Shown here: in pieces, positions 1-10,147 of the stretch
How the letters are laid out: each line of letters begins with the position of its first letter
Numbering within the stretch: position 1 is the stretch's first letter
Virus record (IMG/VR): IMGVR_UViG_3300050015_000014
Location: 1-41,971 of that record
Reading direction: 5' to 3' (one strand)
DNA from: a virus
Lineage: Duplodnaviria > Caudoviricetes
DNA length: 41,971 nt
Notes under the pieces: model-generated
Databases searched by the model: none
Seen by the model: only the letters and a program-made list of their open reading frames with translations
What the model was told of the DNA's origin: nothing
Position numbers and translations under genes: made by a program

Positions 1-951
1 TTTAGAACTTATATCCGATATATCTCCAGAATCTGAAAATGACACTGGAGCAGTTGGAATAATTTCATTTGATTTAAGGTTTGGATAATTTGGATTTTTC
101 CATTTATCACTATTATCGTTTATAGTTAAGAAATCAGTATCAGAAGAAACTATTTCCATACCCATAACTATTTTTTTAGGCGTAAACATTTTCTCAACGG
201 TCAGTTTATGTTGATCCAATTTCGTCATTGTATCTGGAAGGATATATCCGTGAGTTGTAAGATCAAATTCGGTTTTTACAATTCTATCTTCACTTGCTTG
301 AAGTTCCGTAGTATGTCCATATCCTCCGTTTACTTGAGTACGAAATTTAAATCCTTTCTTGCTTCCCCAATAATCTTTTGTATTGAATTGAAACGATTCT
401 ACCAATCCATTCATTTGTTCAACTAATTCAGTCCATATTATGAACTTATATGTAAGAACTACATGACTTGGGATTACTATGTTATATACTTCATTAACAG
501 GAGCATTTTTTCCAATCAGAGTATTAAACCTGGTATATTTGTTTTTCTCCGAGTATGATTGTAAAAATGAAGCATTTAAATATCTATTAAAAAATTTTAA
601 CGTATCATCCGATTCGGAATTGGTTCTTTTAAAAATAATAGCTGGAAGAATAATTTTTCCTTGTTTATCTCGTATATATCCATCACGTTGGGCAGCGACC
701 CATTTTTCTGGAGATCCGAAAAATATAGGAACTTTGACTTTTTTACCAACATCCGTAACTTGTAATTGTAATTGTTCCAAATGAGTTAAAATTGTTTCAT
801 CAATATCATAAAGGGTAATTGTATAATCTTGATTAGTGTCTGTATCTCTCCTTACTTGTGAGGCACGGTTATCCGCAATAATTTTTTCAGAGCGTTCTAT
901 TGGCTCTTGAATATTGTTTGGAGGTCTGTTAGTATTATCACCTTTCCACAT
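1..951 (-). CDS. gp15: T4 gp15-like tail terminator / tail-sheath stabiliser (3' end runs off the window)
   Basis: Absent from the ORF track because it has no stop in the window. Manual translation from ATG 951 (MWKGDNTNRPP...) is open to base 1 and contains KVPIFFGSPEKW...GKIILPAIIFKR and IWTELVEQMNGLVE. Lies downstream of gp13/gp14-like genes. Confidence 0.7.
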   Translation of the reverse strand, partial: MWKGDNTNRPPNNIQEPIERSEKIIADNRASQVRRDTDTNQDYTITLYDIDETILTHLEQLQLQVTDVGKKVKVPIFFGSPEKWVAAQRDGYIRDKQGKIILPAIIFKRTNSESDDTLKFFNRYLNASFLQSYSEKNKYTRFNTLIGKNAPVNEVYNIVIPSHVVLTYKFIIWTELVEQMNGLVESFQFNTKDYWGSKKGFKFRTQVNGGYGHTTELQASEDRIVKTEFDLTTHGYILPDTMTKLDQHKLTVEKMFTPKKIVMGMEIVSSDTDFLTINDNSDKWKNPNYPNLKSNEIIPTAPVSFSDSGDISDISSK

Positions 952-952
952 A

Positions 953-1558
953 TTATCCTCTCGATCCGTATATTAATCCATCATCTCCAAGATATAAACT
1001 AAATTCTCCAAATGAATGTGATGCTTTAATTAACATCTCTTTAACATCTTCAAATTGTTCTTCTGATATACCATGATTCAATTCTTGATCTAATTCATTC
1101 ATTTCTCGGTCTTGAAACCCAGCACCATGACGATTTCTGGTTAACCAAAAATCATGTGCTGCCAAATCATCTGCCCATCCAGCTTTATGGTACAATTCGC
1201 TATATTTGTTATAGAAATCATTACAGTCAGATTTCATTTTTTCCAATGTTTCTGTTGAAAAATCATTAATATTATATGAAGTTTTTGTTGGACGAGGAGT
1301 TGGTTTTTCTGGAACTGGTTTCCATTCATCACCTTCTATATCATCATCCTCCTCTTCTTCGGGTTCTTCTTCGGGAGGAGCATTTATATTGTCAGTATCC
1401 GTCCATAAAGCAGTTATAATATATTCTTTAGTAAAATAATCCAAACCATTTACTACACTGTCTTTATTAATTTTTTTCATAATATTCATTCCGCCACGAG
1501 TATCTACTCCATGCGGAAGAATTTCATTTATTAAATCTTTTAATTTAATATATTTCAT
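953..1558 (-). CDS. Phage hypothetical protein with IKLKDLINE leader and HDFWLTRNRHGAGF motif
   Basis: 201-aa ORF abutting both neighbours; acidic/Pro linker; N-terminus MKYIKLKDLINE matches the shared leader. Confidence 0.75.
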   Translation of the reverse strand: MKYIKLKDLINEILPHGVDTRGGMNIMKKINKDSVVNGLDYFTKEYIITALWTDTDNINAPPEEEPEEEEDDDIEGDEWKPVPEKPTPRPTKTSYNINDFSTETLEKMKSDCNDFYNKYSELYHKAGWADDLAAHDFWLTRNRHGAGFQDREMNELDQELNHGISEEQFEDVKEMLIKASHSFGEFSLYLGDDGLIYGSRG

Positions 1559-2031
1559 TACGATTGTCTTTCTACTACATCAACTTTTGATAATCTGGTA
1601 TAATGACAATTTATAATAATTGAAAAACTATTATCGGGTTGTCCTCCAAGAAATTGTTCTTGAACAACATCATCAATTTCATGATAACGTTCATTGAAAA
1701 ATATCAAATCGCCAGAACTTGGAAATAAATTAATTGCCTGTAAATCTTTTTCCATGAATTTAAATACTACATTTTGTTTTCTATCTGGACCAAAATCGTC
1801 AGCATCATTAGCAATTTCCGATCTATCAATATAAGCCAGAATATCAATTCCAGGATAAAACGTTTTTCCAATGGATGGTTTACTTTCCCCATAAATATTG
1901 GTTTGAGTATTCTCTGCTGAAAATTTAAAAATCGTAACTTCGGTTTGAATAATATCACCCAATAATTCATTATTTATACCATTGATAAATGACATATCTC
2001 TGTCCGAAAAATATCTTCCATTGCGTGACAT
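1558..2031 (-). CDS. gp14: T4 gp14-like neck / head-completion protein
   Basis: Likely start ATG 2031 (MSRNGRYF), 1 nt after the upstream stop. Motifs TNIYGES, DDFG, PSSGDLIFFNERYHEID; located between gp13- and gp15-like genes. Confidence 0.7.
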   Translation of the reverse strand: MSRNGRYFSDRDMSFINGINNELLGDIIQTEVTIFKFSAENTQTNIYGESKPSIGKTFYPGIDILAYIDRSEIANDADDFGPDRKQNVVFKFMEKDLQAINLFPSSGDLIFFNERYHEIDDVVQEQFLGGQPDNSFSIIINCHYTRLSKVDVVERQS

Positions 2032-2032
2032 A

Positions 2033-2491
2033 TTATTTCTTACTGTGTAAGGAAACAAGTTCATTCGCCAACTCGAGTACTTGTTGTACATTATCCCCTA
2101 TATCGTCGCCCGAGTCCATTACACCTTGAAGTAAGTCGATTATCTTATTACCAATTTGTAATTCACGACTTTCTTCTGGATTTGACGTATTATATTCTGG
2201 ATTAGATACTTCCGTCTTTACAAATTTTTGATTACATTCATCATTTTCATATCCAAATTGGGATGCTAAATTTTGTGCTTCTTGTAATGCACATTTATCT
2301 GCTTGTGAAATACTTTTGATATATCCACGTCCAACGTTTTGTAATTTTTTATATGAAATCTCATTATGTCCAGAAGTAAATACTTTTTTAAGTCCTTCAC
2401 GAACAAGTTCAGATCCACTAATTACCTCGGTTACACTTTCGGTTATCAATTTAAATTGATTTCCATTTACATTTTGAAATATTTTTTTCAT
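2033..2491 (-). CDS. Hypothetical protein, possibly head-associated
   Basis: Probable start ATG 2491 (MKKIFQNVNGNQFKLITES), which avoids overlap with gp13. Confidence 0.65.
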   Translation of the reverse strand: MKKIFQNVNGNQFKLITESVTEVISGSELVREGLKKVFTSGHNEISYKKLQNVGRGYIKSISQADKCALQEAQNLASQFGYENDECNQKFVKTEVSNPEYNTSNPEESRELQIGNKIIDLLQGVMDSGDDIGDNVQQVLELANELVSLHSKK

Positions 2492-2507
2492 AATTTTATA
2501 AGTTATT

Positions 2508-3680
2508 TTATCCAATATAAATACACATTGGAACACGTTTAAGAGTTTCTTGCATTTGATCTGCCATAAGTGCCTGTTTTTCCATTTGACCAAATCTTCC
2601 AGCAGCTTCCAATTGTTCTTTGAGAGTATCTAATAAACGTTCTTTAGTTTGTTGTGCTTCGGCTCGAAGTTCGGCACCATCCATTGTCACTTCTCCTCCA
2701 GGAATTGGTAACGTTTGATATTTTTGACGAACAGAACCCAAAATTTCTTTACAAATTGCAAGAAAATAATCACGTATCCATTGTTTACCAGCATCATTTA
2801 TATCACTATATGAATGGTTTTTATATGGTATATTTGAAAAATCAGACGCAACTTTATGGTTCATTGGCGTCAACATTCCATCTTCAAATACTTCCGTATC
2901 ATTTGTATATTCCAACCAAAGTTTATATCCATATGTTGGTATTGGCATAATACGTAACTTATTGTTTTTAAGTTCAAATGAATATTGACTTTTACGAACC
3001 ATATCATTAAATTGAATTGCTTGCATACGCAATAAATCTTCAAATATAGGTGTCATAAGAAACTGAGTTGCAGGAGAGTATGCCCCAAATCCCATTTCTT
3101 GTAAAACATTTGAATAGCTCATTCCAGTCATTGAAAATGGATCATAAATACGTGCCGAGGCTGGGGGTCTATCATGAAATATACGACGAATTGTAATTCT
3201 ATCACAATTTTCTTTAGTATTTCCTATTAACGCTTGAAGATCATAATCTTGAACTCTATCCTGAATATCAATATATGTTTTTTTCCAATCTACATTTCCA
3301 CCAGTTCCTGCCTCCGTTCCATATCCTCTTGCCAATGCACATACAAATTGAACTCCAGTTCCCATAACATATCTGTTTTGAAGTCCGCCCATAGAATCTA
3401 TACGCTGTCCCTGCAAAGCAAACATGTTATTAATCATGTTATATTCATTTATTTTAGCATTATAAACATTAACTGCTTCTTCAAATGCTGCATAAAACTG
3501 AACATCTGACATTTCTATAGCAATAGATGGATATCCCAATCTTCTTGCCGCCCAAATCATTGCATTATAACAATCTATTAAAAATGATGGATCTGAATCA
3601 TATGATCCAAATGGTGTTTTCCCTGGAACTGATGAACCACTTCCTTGAAAACGTATAATATCTTGGTTTGATACGGCCAT
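2508..3680 (-). CDS. gp13: T4 gp13-like neck protein
   Basis: RRLGYPSIAIEM..QFYAAFEEAV and WIRDYFLAICKEILGSVRQKYQTLPIPGGEVTMDG are typical of gp13-family adaptors. Confidence 0.85.
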   Translation of the reverse strand: MAVSNQDIIRFQGSGSSVPGKTPFGSYDSDPSFLIDCYNAMIWAARRLGYPSIAIEMSDVQFYAAFEEAVNVYNAKINEYNMINNMFALQGQRIDSMGGLQNRYVMGTGVQFVCALARGYGTEAGTGGNVDWKKTYIDIQDRVQDYDLQALIGNTKENCDRITIRRIFHDRPPASARIYDPFSMTGMSYSNVLQEMGFGAYSPATQFLMTPIFEDLLRMQAIQFNDMVRKSQYSFELKNNKLRIMPIPTYGYKLWLEYTNDTEVFEDGMLTPMNHKVASDFSNIPYKNHSYSDINDAGKQWIRDYFLAICKEILGSVRQKYQTLPIPGGEVTMDGAELRAEAQQTKERLLDTLKEQLEAAGRFGQMEKQALMADQMQETLKRVPMCIYIG

Positions 3681-3707
3681 AAAATTTATTAAAATAATTG
3701 TCTAATC

Positions 3708-3759
3708 AATAAATATAGAAAGAAAACCCTTTACGTCAAATCCCATATATTTATTTATG
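3708..3759. promoter_or_regulatory. Divergent putative late-promoter region (TATTTAT on both strands)
   Basis: TATTTATT on the minus strand (3715-3708) ahead of gp13; TATTTATT/TATTTATG on the plus strand (3748-3759) ahead of the 3795 cassette. Confidence 0.5.
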
Positions 3760-3794
3760 TCCAATTCTTTACATAAGAAAGTATATGCATTTAT

Positions 3795-5108
3795 ATGTTT
3801 CCAATTATTAACTATAGAAGTTTTTTTAATGAAGATGACACCAAATATTGGGGCGAAGAAGCTGCTGGGTGTATTTTTGTTGCAAAAGACACGGGAAGAA
3901 TACTTCTGGCACACCGAAGTGCCAAAGTTGAATTTGAACCCAATACGTGGGCAACGTGGGGTGGTAAAATTGATAATGGAGAATCGCCCAAAGATGCCGT
4001 CGAACGTGAAATTGAAGAAGAGACTGGATTTAACGGAAAATATAAAATTTCATTATTATATGTTTATAAAGATGGAGATTTTAGTTATCACAATTACTTA
4101 ATAGCGGTTCCATTTGAATTTCAACCAGAATTAAACTGGGAAAACAACAATGCTGCTTGGGTTGAATATGGTGATTGGCCAACCCCTCTACATTTTGGAT
4201 TAAAAGCATTAATTGAACACGCTGGTAATAAAATAAAAAATGTTGTTGATCTAATTAAAAAAAGAAAAGAAAAAATGGTAGAAGTTGCGGACGTTCCTCC
4301 TGCAATAGTTCAACCGTCAAATCCATCTCAAAATCCAACTAAAACAATAAATCAACAACAATTAAAAGATGCATATGTAGTTGCTGCTACCTTATGGGGA
4401 GAAGCGAGGGGAGAAGGAATAGATGGAATGCAGGCAGTATTAAATGTTGTTATGAACAGAACCAAAGGAAATTTTGATAAAGCAAAAGATGCTGTTCTTA
4501 AACCAAAACAATTTTCTATGTGGAATAATGTTAAAAATCCAGAAAAAGTTTCATTGGAATTAGCACAAAAACAACGTGGTGATAAAACATATATGGCTGC
4601 TATTAAATTAGTAGATGCTGCTATGAAAGGAAATTTACCAGATATTACAAATGGAGCAACATTTTATTATAATCCTAAAAAAGCAAATCCATCGTGGGCA
4701 AAAAGTATGATTAAAACGAAATCCATTGGAAACCACGATTTTTTAAAATTACCTTCCAAAAAACAAATAAAAGAAGAAATAGATAATATAGAAATTATTA
4801 ATCAAGGATTGATAGATGATGACATATATGGATATGAATTAAAATCCCCATATTCTTATTTAAGATATGGACACGAACCTTCTTCAAAAACGTATTATAT
4901 TTTAAACATTGGAACACCCAAAGAAGAAGACAAACACAAGGGATATGCCTCCCAACTATTAAATAAATTATTTAAAATAATATCCGATTCTAGAGGAAAT
5001 ATTGATGCTGGATCTTTTACAACGTCTGGTCAAGATTTTATAAAACCAGTAATAGACAGATTATCTAAACAGTTTGGAGTTAGAATAGTTCAAGGGAAAG
5101 AATGGTAA
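3795..5108 (+). CDS. Three-domain protein: Nudix hydrolase + SleB/Hydrolase_2 cell-wall hydrolase + GNAT-like domain
   Basis: Nudix box GGKIDNGESPKDAVEREIEEETG; SleB motifs TLWGEARGEG..GMQAVLNVVMNR, QFSMWN, GATFYYNP, IGNHDF; C-terminal KHKGYASQLL resembles the GNAT acetyl-CoA motif. Confidence 0.85.
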   Translation: MFPIINYRSFFNEDDTKYWGEEAAGCIFVAKDTGRILLAHRSAKVEFEPNTWATWGGKIDNGESPKDAVEREIEEETGFNGKYKISLLYVYKDGDFSYHNYLIAVPFEFQPELNWENNNAAWVEYGDWPTPLHFGLKALIEHAGNKIKNVVDLIKKRKEKMVEVADVPPAIVQPSNPSQNPTKTINQQQLKDAYVVAATLWGEARGEGIDGMQAVLNVVMNRTKGNFDKAKDAVLKPKQFSMWNNVKNPEKVSLELAQKQRGDKTYMAAIKLVDAAMKGNLPDITNGATFYYNPKKANPSWAKSMIKTKSIGNHDFLKLPSKKQIKEEIDNIEIINQGLIDDDIYGYELKSPYSYLRYGHEPSSKTYYILNIGTPKEEDKHKGYASQLLNKLFKIISDSRGNIDAGSFTTSGQDFIKPVIDRLSKQFGVRIVQGKEW

Positions 5109-6746
5109 ATGATTAAACTAAAATCAATCCTAACTGAAAATACCAATAAATCATTCATCGTTTATCACGGCACTGATATTAAATTTAATAAGTTTAATCT
5201 TAATAAATCTGCCCAAGGTATTATATGGTTTACATCTGATAAAGATAAAATTTTAAAAGGTGAAGCAGGTGCATCTGGAAAAGGATATATTGTTACTGCA
5301 CAAGTAACCATTAACAATCCCGCCGAATGGAATGAATACCAACAATATATGTTGGGGCAACTAAAAAATATGGGGTATGATGGTGTAATTTTACCTGAAA
5401 ATAATGAGTTTGATTGTTTTGTATTCTCATTAAAACAAATAAAAATATTAAAAGTTGACAAAATACAACCCACAAACATTGATGAAGCAAAAAAATTAAA
5501 TTTGGATAATAAAGAAGATGCTGCCGAATATTTTATCCGTCAATCTTGGAAACTTATGCCACCAAAAGATAGATATGATGAATATCAATTTTTTCTATGG
5601 GCGGATAATGAGTCAAATTTACAAGATATAAAAGAAAAAATTGCACAAAAACTTTTTCCCAACGATGATTCATACATTGAGAAATTTGATGATATAATAT
5701 CCGATAAGTTAGATGTGCTCAATAAAGAGAAAACAAATAGATTATCAAAAAAAATAAATCCAAATGACCCGTTGGCAATTCTAAAATCTGTTGTTACTGG
5801 AAAAACTTATGAGGGTGCTAAACAATCGCTTTTAAAAAATTCTATTGGAGGTGCAATATATAAAGGTGGTAAGATAACGGATGAAGAAGCAGATACTGTA
5901 TTTAATCGTCTATATAGAAGTGCAATGGGTGAAACGATGTATAATCTCAATTCAGAAAATAGATATGGAAGATTATCAGATTTACGCAGAAATTCAAACT
6001 CCAAAGATTTTGAAGTTCGATATATGAACGATTTTATAGATCATTATGCTGGTCATAATGCAGACAGATTCGCAGATAAAGTTAAAGTTTATCGTGGAGT
6101 AAATAATCCACACGTTCCAATACGTCCAGGAGATTTTATTACATTCGATAAAGATTATGCTGCTTCATATAAAAGAGGTAAATATGGAACGGTAATAGAA
6201 GATATTTTAAATTCCAAAGATTTAATTGTATATATAATAAATCGTGAAAGTACCGAATTAGTGTATTGGCCAGAAGGACATCAAATTAAAAAATATACTG
6301 GAGAAATACCAACATTTAAACAATTTTTTGCTCAAGCAAATTATACTGGATTCCCCGACTCAATACAAGAAACTTATTATAATAAACTGTCAGATGATGA
6401 ACATGATGATTTAGCAAATACATATTTTTCAATTGGACAAGATGAAAATGTAGATGATAGTTTTTGTTGGATTTGGGATTGGTCTTCTCTATCAATAAAA
6501 ACAAAACAAGGTGGAACTCATGCTTGTAATTTTGGATATAATACAAAGGACCACACTTATAGTGGTTGGTATGATCCAGATAAAAATATTATATCTATTG
6601 TATTCCCCGATAATGAACTTAGAAAACTTGGTGATAGAAAACCTACCGAAGATGATATTCCACAACAAGTATATAAATCTTTAATAAGTAAATTTTCTCA
6701 TTCAATGCCAGAACCAAAATTTGTAGTATTTGAAAATAAAATATGA
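5109..6746 (+). CDS. Polyvalent protein with two ADP-ribosyltransferase-like domains and further unknown domains
   Basis: Domain 1: VYHGT..FNKF..IWFT..GYDGVI..VFSLKQIK. Later domain: KVYRGV..IRPGDFIT..YA..Y..ELVY. Leader MIKLKSILTE. Confidence 0.7.
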   Translation: MIKLKSILTENTNKSFIVYHGTDIKFNKFNLNKSAQGIIWFTSDKDKILKGEAGASGKGYIVTAQVTINNPAEWNEYQQYMLGQLKNMGYDGVILPENNEFDCFVFSLKQIKILKVDKIQPTNIDEAKKLNLDNKEDAAEYFIRQSWKLMPPKDRYDEYQFFLWADNESNLQDIKEKIAQKLFPNDDSYIEKFDDIISDKLDVLNKEKTNRLSKKINPNDPLAILKSVVTGKTYEGAKQSLLKNSIGGAIYKGGKITDEEADTVFNRLYRSAMGETMYNLNSENRYGRLSDLRRNSNSKDFEVRYMNDFIDHYAGHNADRFADKVKVYRGVNNPHVPIRPGDFITFDKDYAASYKRGKYGTVIEDILNSKDLIVYIINRESTELVYWPEGHQIKKYTGEIPTFKQFFAQANYTGFPDSIQETYYNKLSDDEHDDLANTYFSIGQDENVDDSFCWIWDWSSLSIKTKQGGTHACNFGYNTKDHTYSGWYDPDKNIISIVFPDNELRKLGDRKPTEDDIPQQVYKSLISKFSHSMPEPKFVVFENKI

Positions 6747-7780
6747 TCAAACTGAAATCCATATTAGAAAATGTAGATGAGATCCAAGCATATCATGGTA
6801 CTCCTCATAACATACAAGGTGGATTTAAACTACAAAAAGTGGGTAGTGGCGAAGGTTCTCAAGTATTCGGATGGGGGTTATATTTTTCTGAAAACCCCGA
6901 AGTAGCAAATGCATATAAAACTGGTCTTGCCAAATATACATTGGATGGAGAAAATATCTATGATTATTTTAAAAAACAAAATTATCCTGATAGTGCAATG
7001 GATTTGGCACATAAGAAAAAAATAACAATAGATGCCGCTGTAGATGAATGGAATAAAATGGTTCCAACAATGTTAATGTTGGATTATATTCATACATATG
7101 GTGATAATGCCGAGTATATGTTAAGCACAAAACATTATCAATCATCCATCGACTTATTACACACTCTTGAAAAATCTGGAAGATTAAAAAAACAAAGTAA
7201 TTTATATACTGTAGATATAGATGTAAATTTAGATACTTTGTTGGATTGGAATGAACCATTAAAGTCCCAATCTTCATATGTTCAGAAACATATACGAAGA
7301 ATACTACCCAAAACAAAACATCCAAAAATTCTTAAATCTGAACCAAATCCACATACTGAATATGGTGGGGAAAATTATAAATGGATAATTATTGCAAAAA
7401 CGCCATATGGTGAATCGACGTTTCATGGAAAAGATGAGAATGATACTTTGGACGCCATTGAAAAATACACTAAAGAAGAAAATGAAAAGTTTGATGATAA
7501 AGGCGGGGATTATATTTATCATTATATACAACATAGAGGAGATCCAAAAAAACAATCTTGGACGAATTCATTATATGTATCATCAATGATATTATTAAAA
7601 TTAGGAATTCCAGGAATAAAATATTTGGATAAGTTCTCAAGAAAACTTAATAGGGGAACTTATAATTATGTTATTTTTGACGAATCCAAAATAAAAATCA
7701 TTGCTGCTAATGGAATTTCAATATCTCCAAAACAGGCAGAACAAGATGATTTAATAATGAAAATAAATTCAAATGATTAA
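6743..7780 (+). CDS. ADP-ribosyltransferase-like protein of the polyvalent-protein type
   Basis: AYHGTPH..F..VGSGEGSQVFGWGLYF, NLYTVDI..LLDW, GIPGIKYLD..SR..GTYNYVIFDE. Leader MIKLKSILE. Confidence 0.7.
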   Translation: MIKLKSILENVDEIQAYHGTPHNIQGGFKLQKVGSGEGSQVFGWGLYFSENPEVANAYKTGLAKYTLDGENIYDYFKKQNYPDSAMDLAHKKKITIDAAVDEWNKMVPTMLMLDYIHTYGDNAEYMLSTKHYQSSIDLLHTLEKSGRLKKQSNLYTVDIDVNLDTLLDWNEPLKSQSSYVQKHIRRILPKTKHPKILKSEPNPHTEYGGENYKWIIIAKTPYGESTFHGKDENDTLDAIEKYTKEENEKFDDKGGDYIYHYIQHRGDPKKQSWTNSLYVSSMILLKLGIPGIKYLDKFSRKLNRGTYNYVIFDESKIKIIAANGISISPKQAEQDDLIMKINSND

Positions 7781-9659
7781 ACTTACACATTTATTGGGGG
7801 ATAAATATTATAGGATGATGAGTATTGACAAATCCTATAGATGGAGTAGATTAAACGAATCTGTTAAAAAAGATGCTCCTCCAGTTATTTTAGGAGCAAT
7901 TTCATCTTATGGTGAAATTAAAGCAGTCGCTGGTATGGATGATAATTCAAAACATCCACCAGAATGGAGATCATATGATAAATGGAGATATGTTCCTGAT
8001 ATTGAATATTTGAATTTTTGGGAAACTCCTAGTGATAAAGAAAAAGAGTTAGTAAAAGATTATTTGGAAAGTCGTGGATATCCAGTAAAATATTTTAATG
8101 TTTATACTGCAAAACCTATTGAAGAAGAATTAGTTATGGAAGCATCAAAAGATAAAGAAGCATTGGATTTTTTAAAGAAAATGGTTCAGATTGGGCCATT
8201 TAAAAATAAAGTATTTCTCGCTGGTGGGGCAGTAAGAGATATGGAATTGGGGAAAACTCCAAAAGATTTGGACGTTACCGTTATAGGTGATGTTAATGGA
8301 GGACTGAATTTTGCAATTTGGCTCGCAAAACAAATGGGTAATTACAAAGGACCATCCAACCCATTGCCTCCCCCTCCACATAATGTAGAAGTTGATTCTA
8401 GAGGTGTACCCTCTTTTAGTGAAGATGCTGATGCGTTGGGAGCATACTTAGAAGTTTATAATAATTATTATTCACAGTTTTCAAATCCAGTATTATTTCC
8501 TAAGTTTGGAACCGCAAAAGTAAGTTTAAGTGGACAGCACAATGGGGTTTCACTTGATGGGATGGATGTTGAGGCAGTTGCTTCTCGTAAAGAAGTGTAC
8601 ACTCCTGGTTCTAGGAAACCTCAAGTATTTCCTGGAACATTGGAAGATGATGTACTTAGACGAGATTTTACTACCAATAGTCTTTTAATGGATTTGACCA
8701 CGGGAGAAGTACTGGATTTAACTGGACATGGAAAAGAAGATATAAAATTAGGAATTCTTCGCACAACGTCAAATCCAGAGGTAATCTTTAGAGAAGATCC
8801 CTTGCGCATGATGCGTGCGGTAAGATTTATGGTTCAGAAAGGATGGAAAATAGATCCAACCACAGAAGAAAGTATTCGTAAAAATGCCGAATGGTTAAAA
8901 CATATCTCTAAAGAACGTATTCGTGACGAACTTAGCAAAATGTTAGTAACATCTAATCCTGAAGGAGCCATACGAAAATTACGTGATTTAAATATGCTTC
9001 CGTTTATTGCTCCCGAATTACAGCAAGCAATTGGAATGACTCAGAATGTACATCATACTCATGATGTATTTGATCATACAATGGAAGTATTAAAAAATAC
9101 TAATCCTGAACTTGTTCAGAGATTAATGGCATTATTCCATGATATTGGAAAAATAGCAACTCGTTCGGAAACACCAACGGGAGTGCATTTCTATGGGCAT
9201 GAAGATGCTGGTGAAGATATTGTTGACAATATATTGCGAAATTTAAAATACCCAGTTGAAATAATTCAGGCAGTAAAACAGGGGGTTAAAAATCATATGC
9301 GTCTGAAACAGGGTGGTGATAATGCAATCAAATTATCTGATAAATCATTGCGCAAATTTAAAATTGAACTTGGTGATAATTTGGAGAATGTTTTGAACTT
9401 AATCCATTCGGATAATATTGCTCACGCTTCAGCGTCTAGTATGCCGAATCAGATAGATATTGTTCGTAAACGTCTTAAATCACTTGATGTACAGGTGAAA
9501 AAACCAAATTTACCTATTAATGGTAATGATATTATTTCAATGGGTGTTCCCGCTGGTAAACGAGTTGGGGAAATATTAGCGGTTATTACTGACGCATGGT
9601 TTGAAAACCCCAATCTAACAAGAGAAGATGCAGTTTCTATAGTACAGAGAATGATATGA
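7773..9659 (+). CDS. cca: Class II CCA tRNA nucleotidyltransferase with HD domain and ~120-aa N-terminal extension
   Basis: FLAGGAVRD..PKDLDV, RRDFTTNSL, EDPLRMMRAVRF, ISKERIRDEL; HD domain HHTHDVFDHT, LFHDIGK, HFYGHE; C-terminal PINGNDII..G..VGEIL. Confidence 0.92.
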   Translation: MIKLTHLLGDKYYRMMSIDKSYRWSRLNESVKKDAPPVILGAISSYGEIKAVAGMDDNSKHPPEWRSYDKWRYVPDIEYLNFWETPSDKEKELVKDYLESRGYPVKYFNVYTAKPIEEELVMEASKDKEALDFLKKMVQIGPFKNKVFLAGGAVRDMELGKTPKDLDVTVIGDVNGGLNFAIWLAKQMGNYKGPSNPLPPPPHNVEVDSRGVPSFSEDADALGAYLEVYNNYYSQFSNPVLFPKFGTAKVSLSGQHNGVSLDGMDVEAVASRKEVYTPGSRKPQVFPGTLEDDVLRRDFTTNSLLMDLTTGEVLDLTGHGKEDIKLGILRTTSNPEVIFREDPLRMMRAVRFMVQKGWKIDPTTEESIRKNAEWLKHISKERIRDELSKMLVTSNPEGAIRKLRDLNMLPFIAPELQQAIGMTQNVHHTHDVFDHTMEVLKNTNPELVQRLMALFHDIGKIATRSETPTGVHFYGHEDAGEDIVDNILRNLKYPVEIIQAVKQGVKNHMRLKQGGDNAIKLSDKSLRKFKIELGDNLENVLNLIHSDNIAHASASSMPNQIDIVRKRLKSLDVQVKKPNLPINGNDIISMGVPAGKRVGEILAVITDAWFENPNLTREDAVSIVQRMI

Positions 9660-10147
9660 TTAAACTAAAATCACTTTTAAAAGAAGATTCTGGAGGATAT
9701 GAATTTGTTGGATTCCATCGTCAACAACACGCCAGACCTTCTAGTAGAGATGATGTGTTTTTAGTATCCAAAGGCAATGGGGGGAATTATTATGGTAAAG
9801 AGTACTTCATAGAAATATTAGAATCATTATATAATAATGATAGAAACGAAGCAGCGCAACTAGGATGGATGGATTATGATTGGTCAAATGTTTATTCTGA
9901 TGATTATGAAGAAATGCAATCTAAAGTATCTGACTGGTTAAATGGAAAAGGATATAGATGGATATTTGTTACCGAATCCAGACCCCACGATATTGAAGGA
10001 TATGGAAAATATATATATAAAATATTCTTTAAACCATCAGATATTCTCCATGTGTTTGATGATCCTTTTGGTGCAAATGATATTGCATATGCATATGTAT
10101 ATAATATAAAAAATCCACCACGATTTGAAAAATATGATCAAACTTAA
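9656..10147 (+). CDS. Hypothetical protein with MIKLKSLLKE leader, possibly divergent ART fold
   Basis: ATGA-coupled to cca. The strand pattern VGFH...WIFVT...YGKYIYKI only loosely resembles ART folds. Confidence 0.65.
   Translation: MIKLKSLLKEDSGGYEFVGFHRQQHARPSSRDDVFLVSKGNGGNYYGKEYFIEILESLYNNDRNEAAQLGWMDYDWSNVYSDDYEEMQSKVSDWLNGKGYRWIFVTESRPHDIEGYGKYIYKIFFKPSDILHVFDDPFGANDIAYAYVYNIKNPPRFEKYDQT

Noticed and set aside
208-784. Plus-strand ORFs 208-426 and 479-784
   Set aside because: Antisense shadows of the gp15-like gene on the minus strand.
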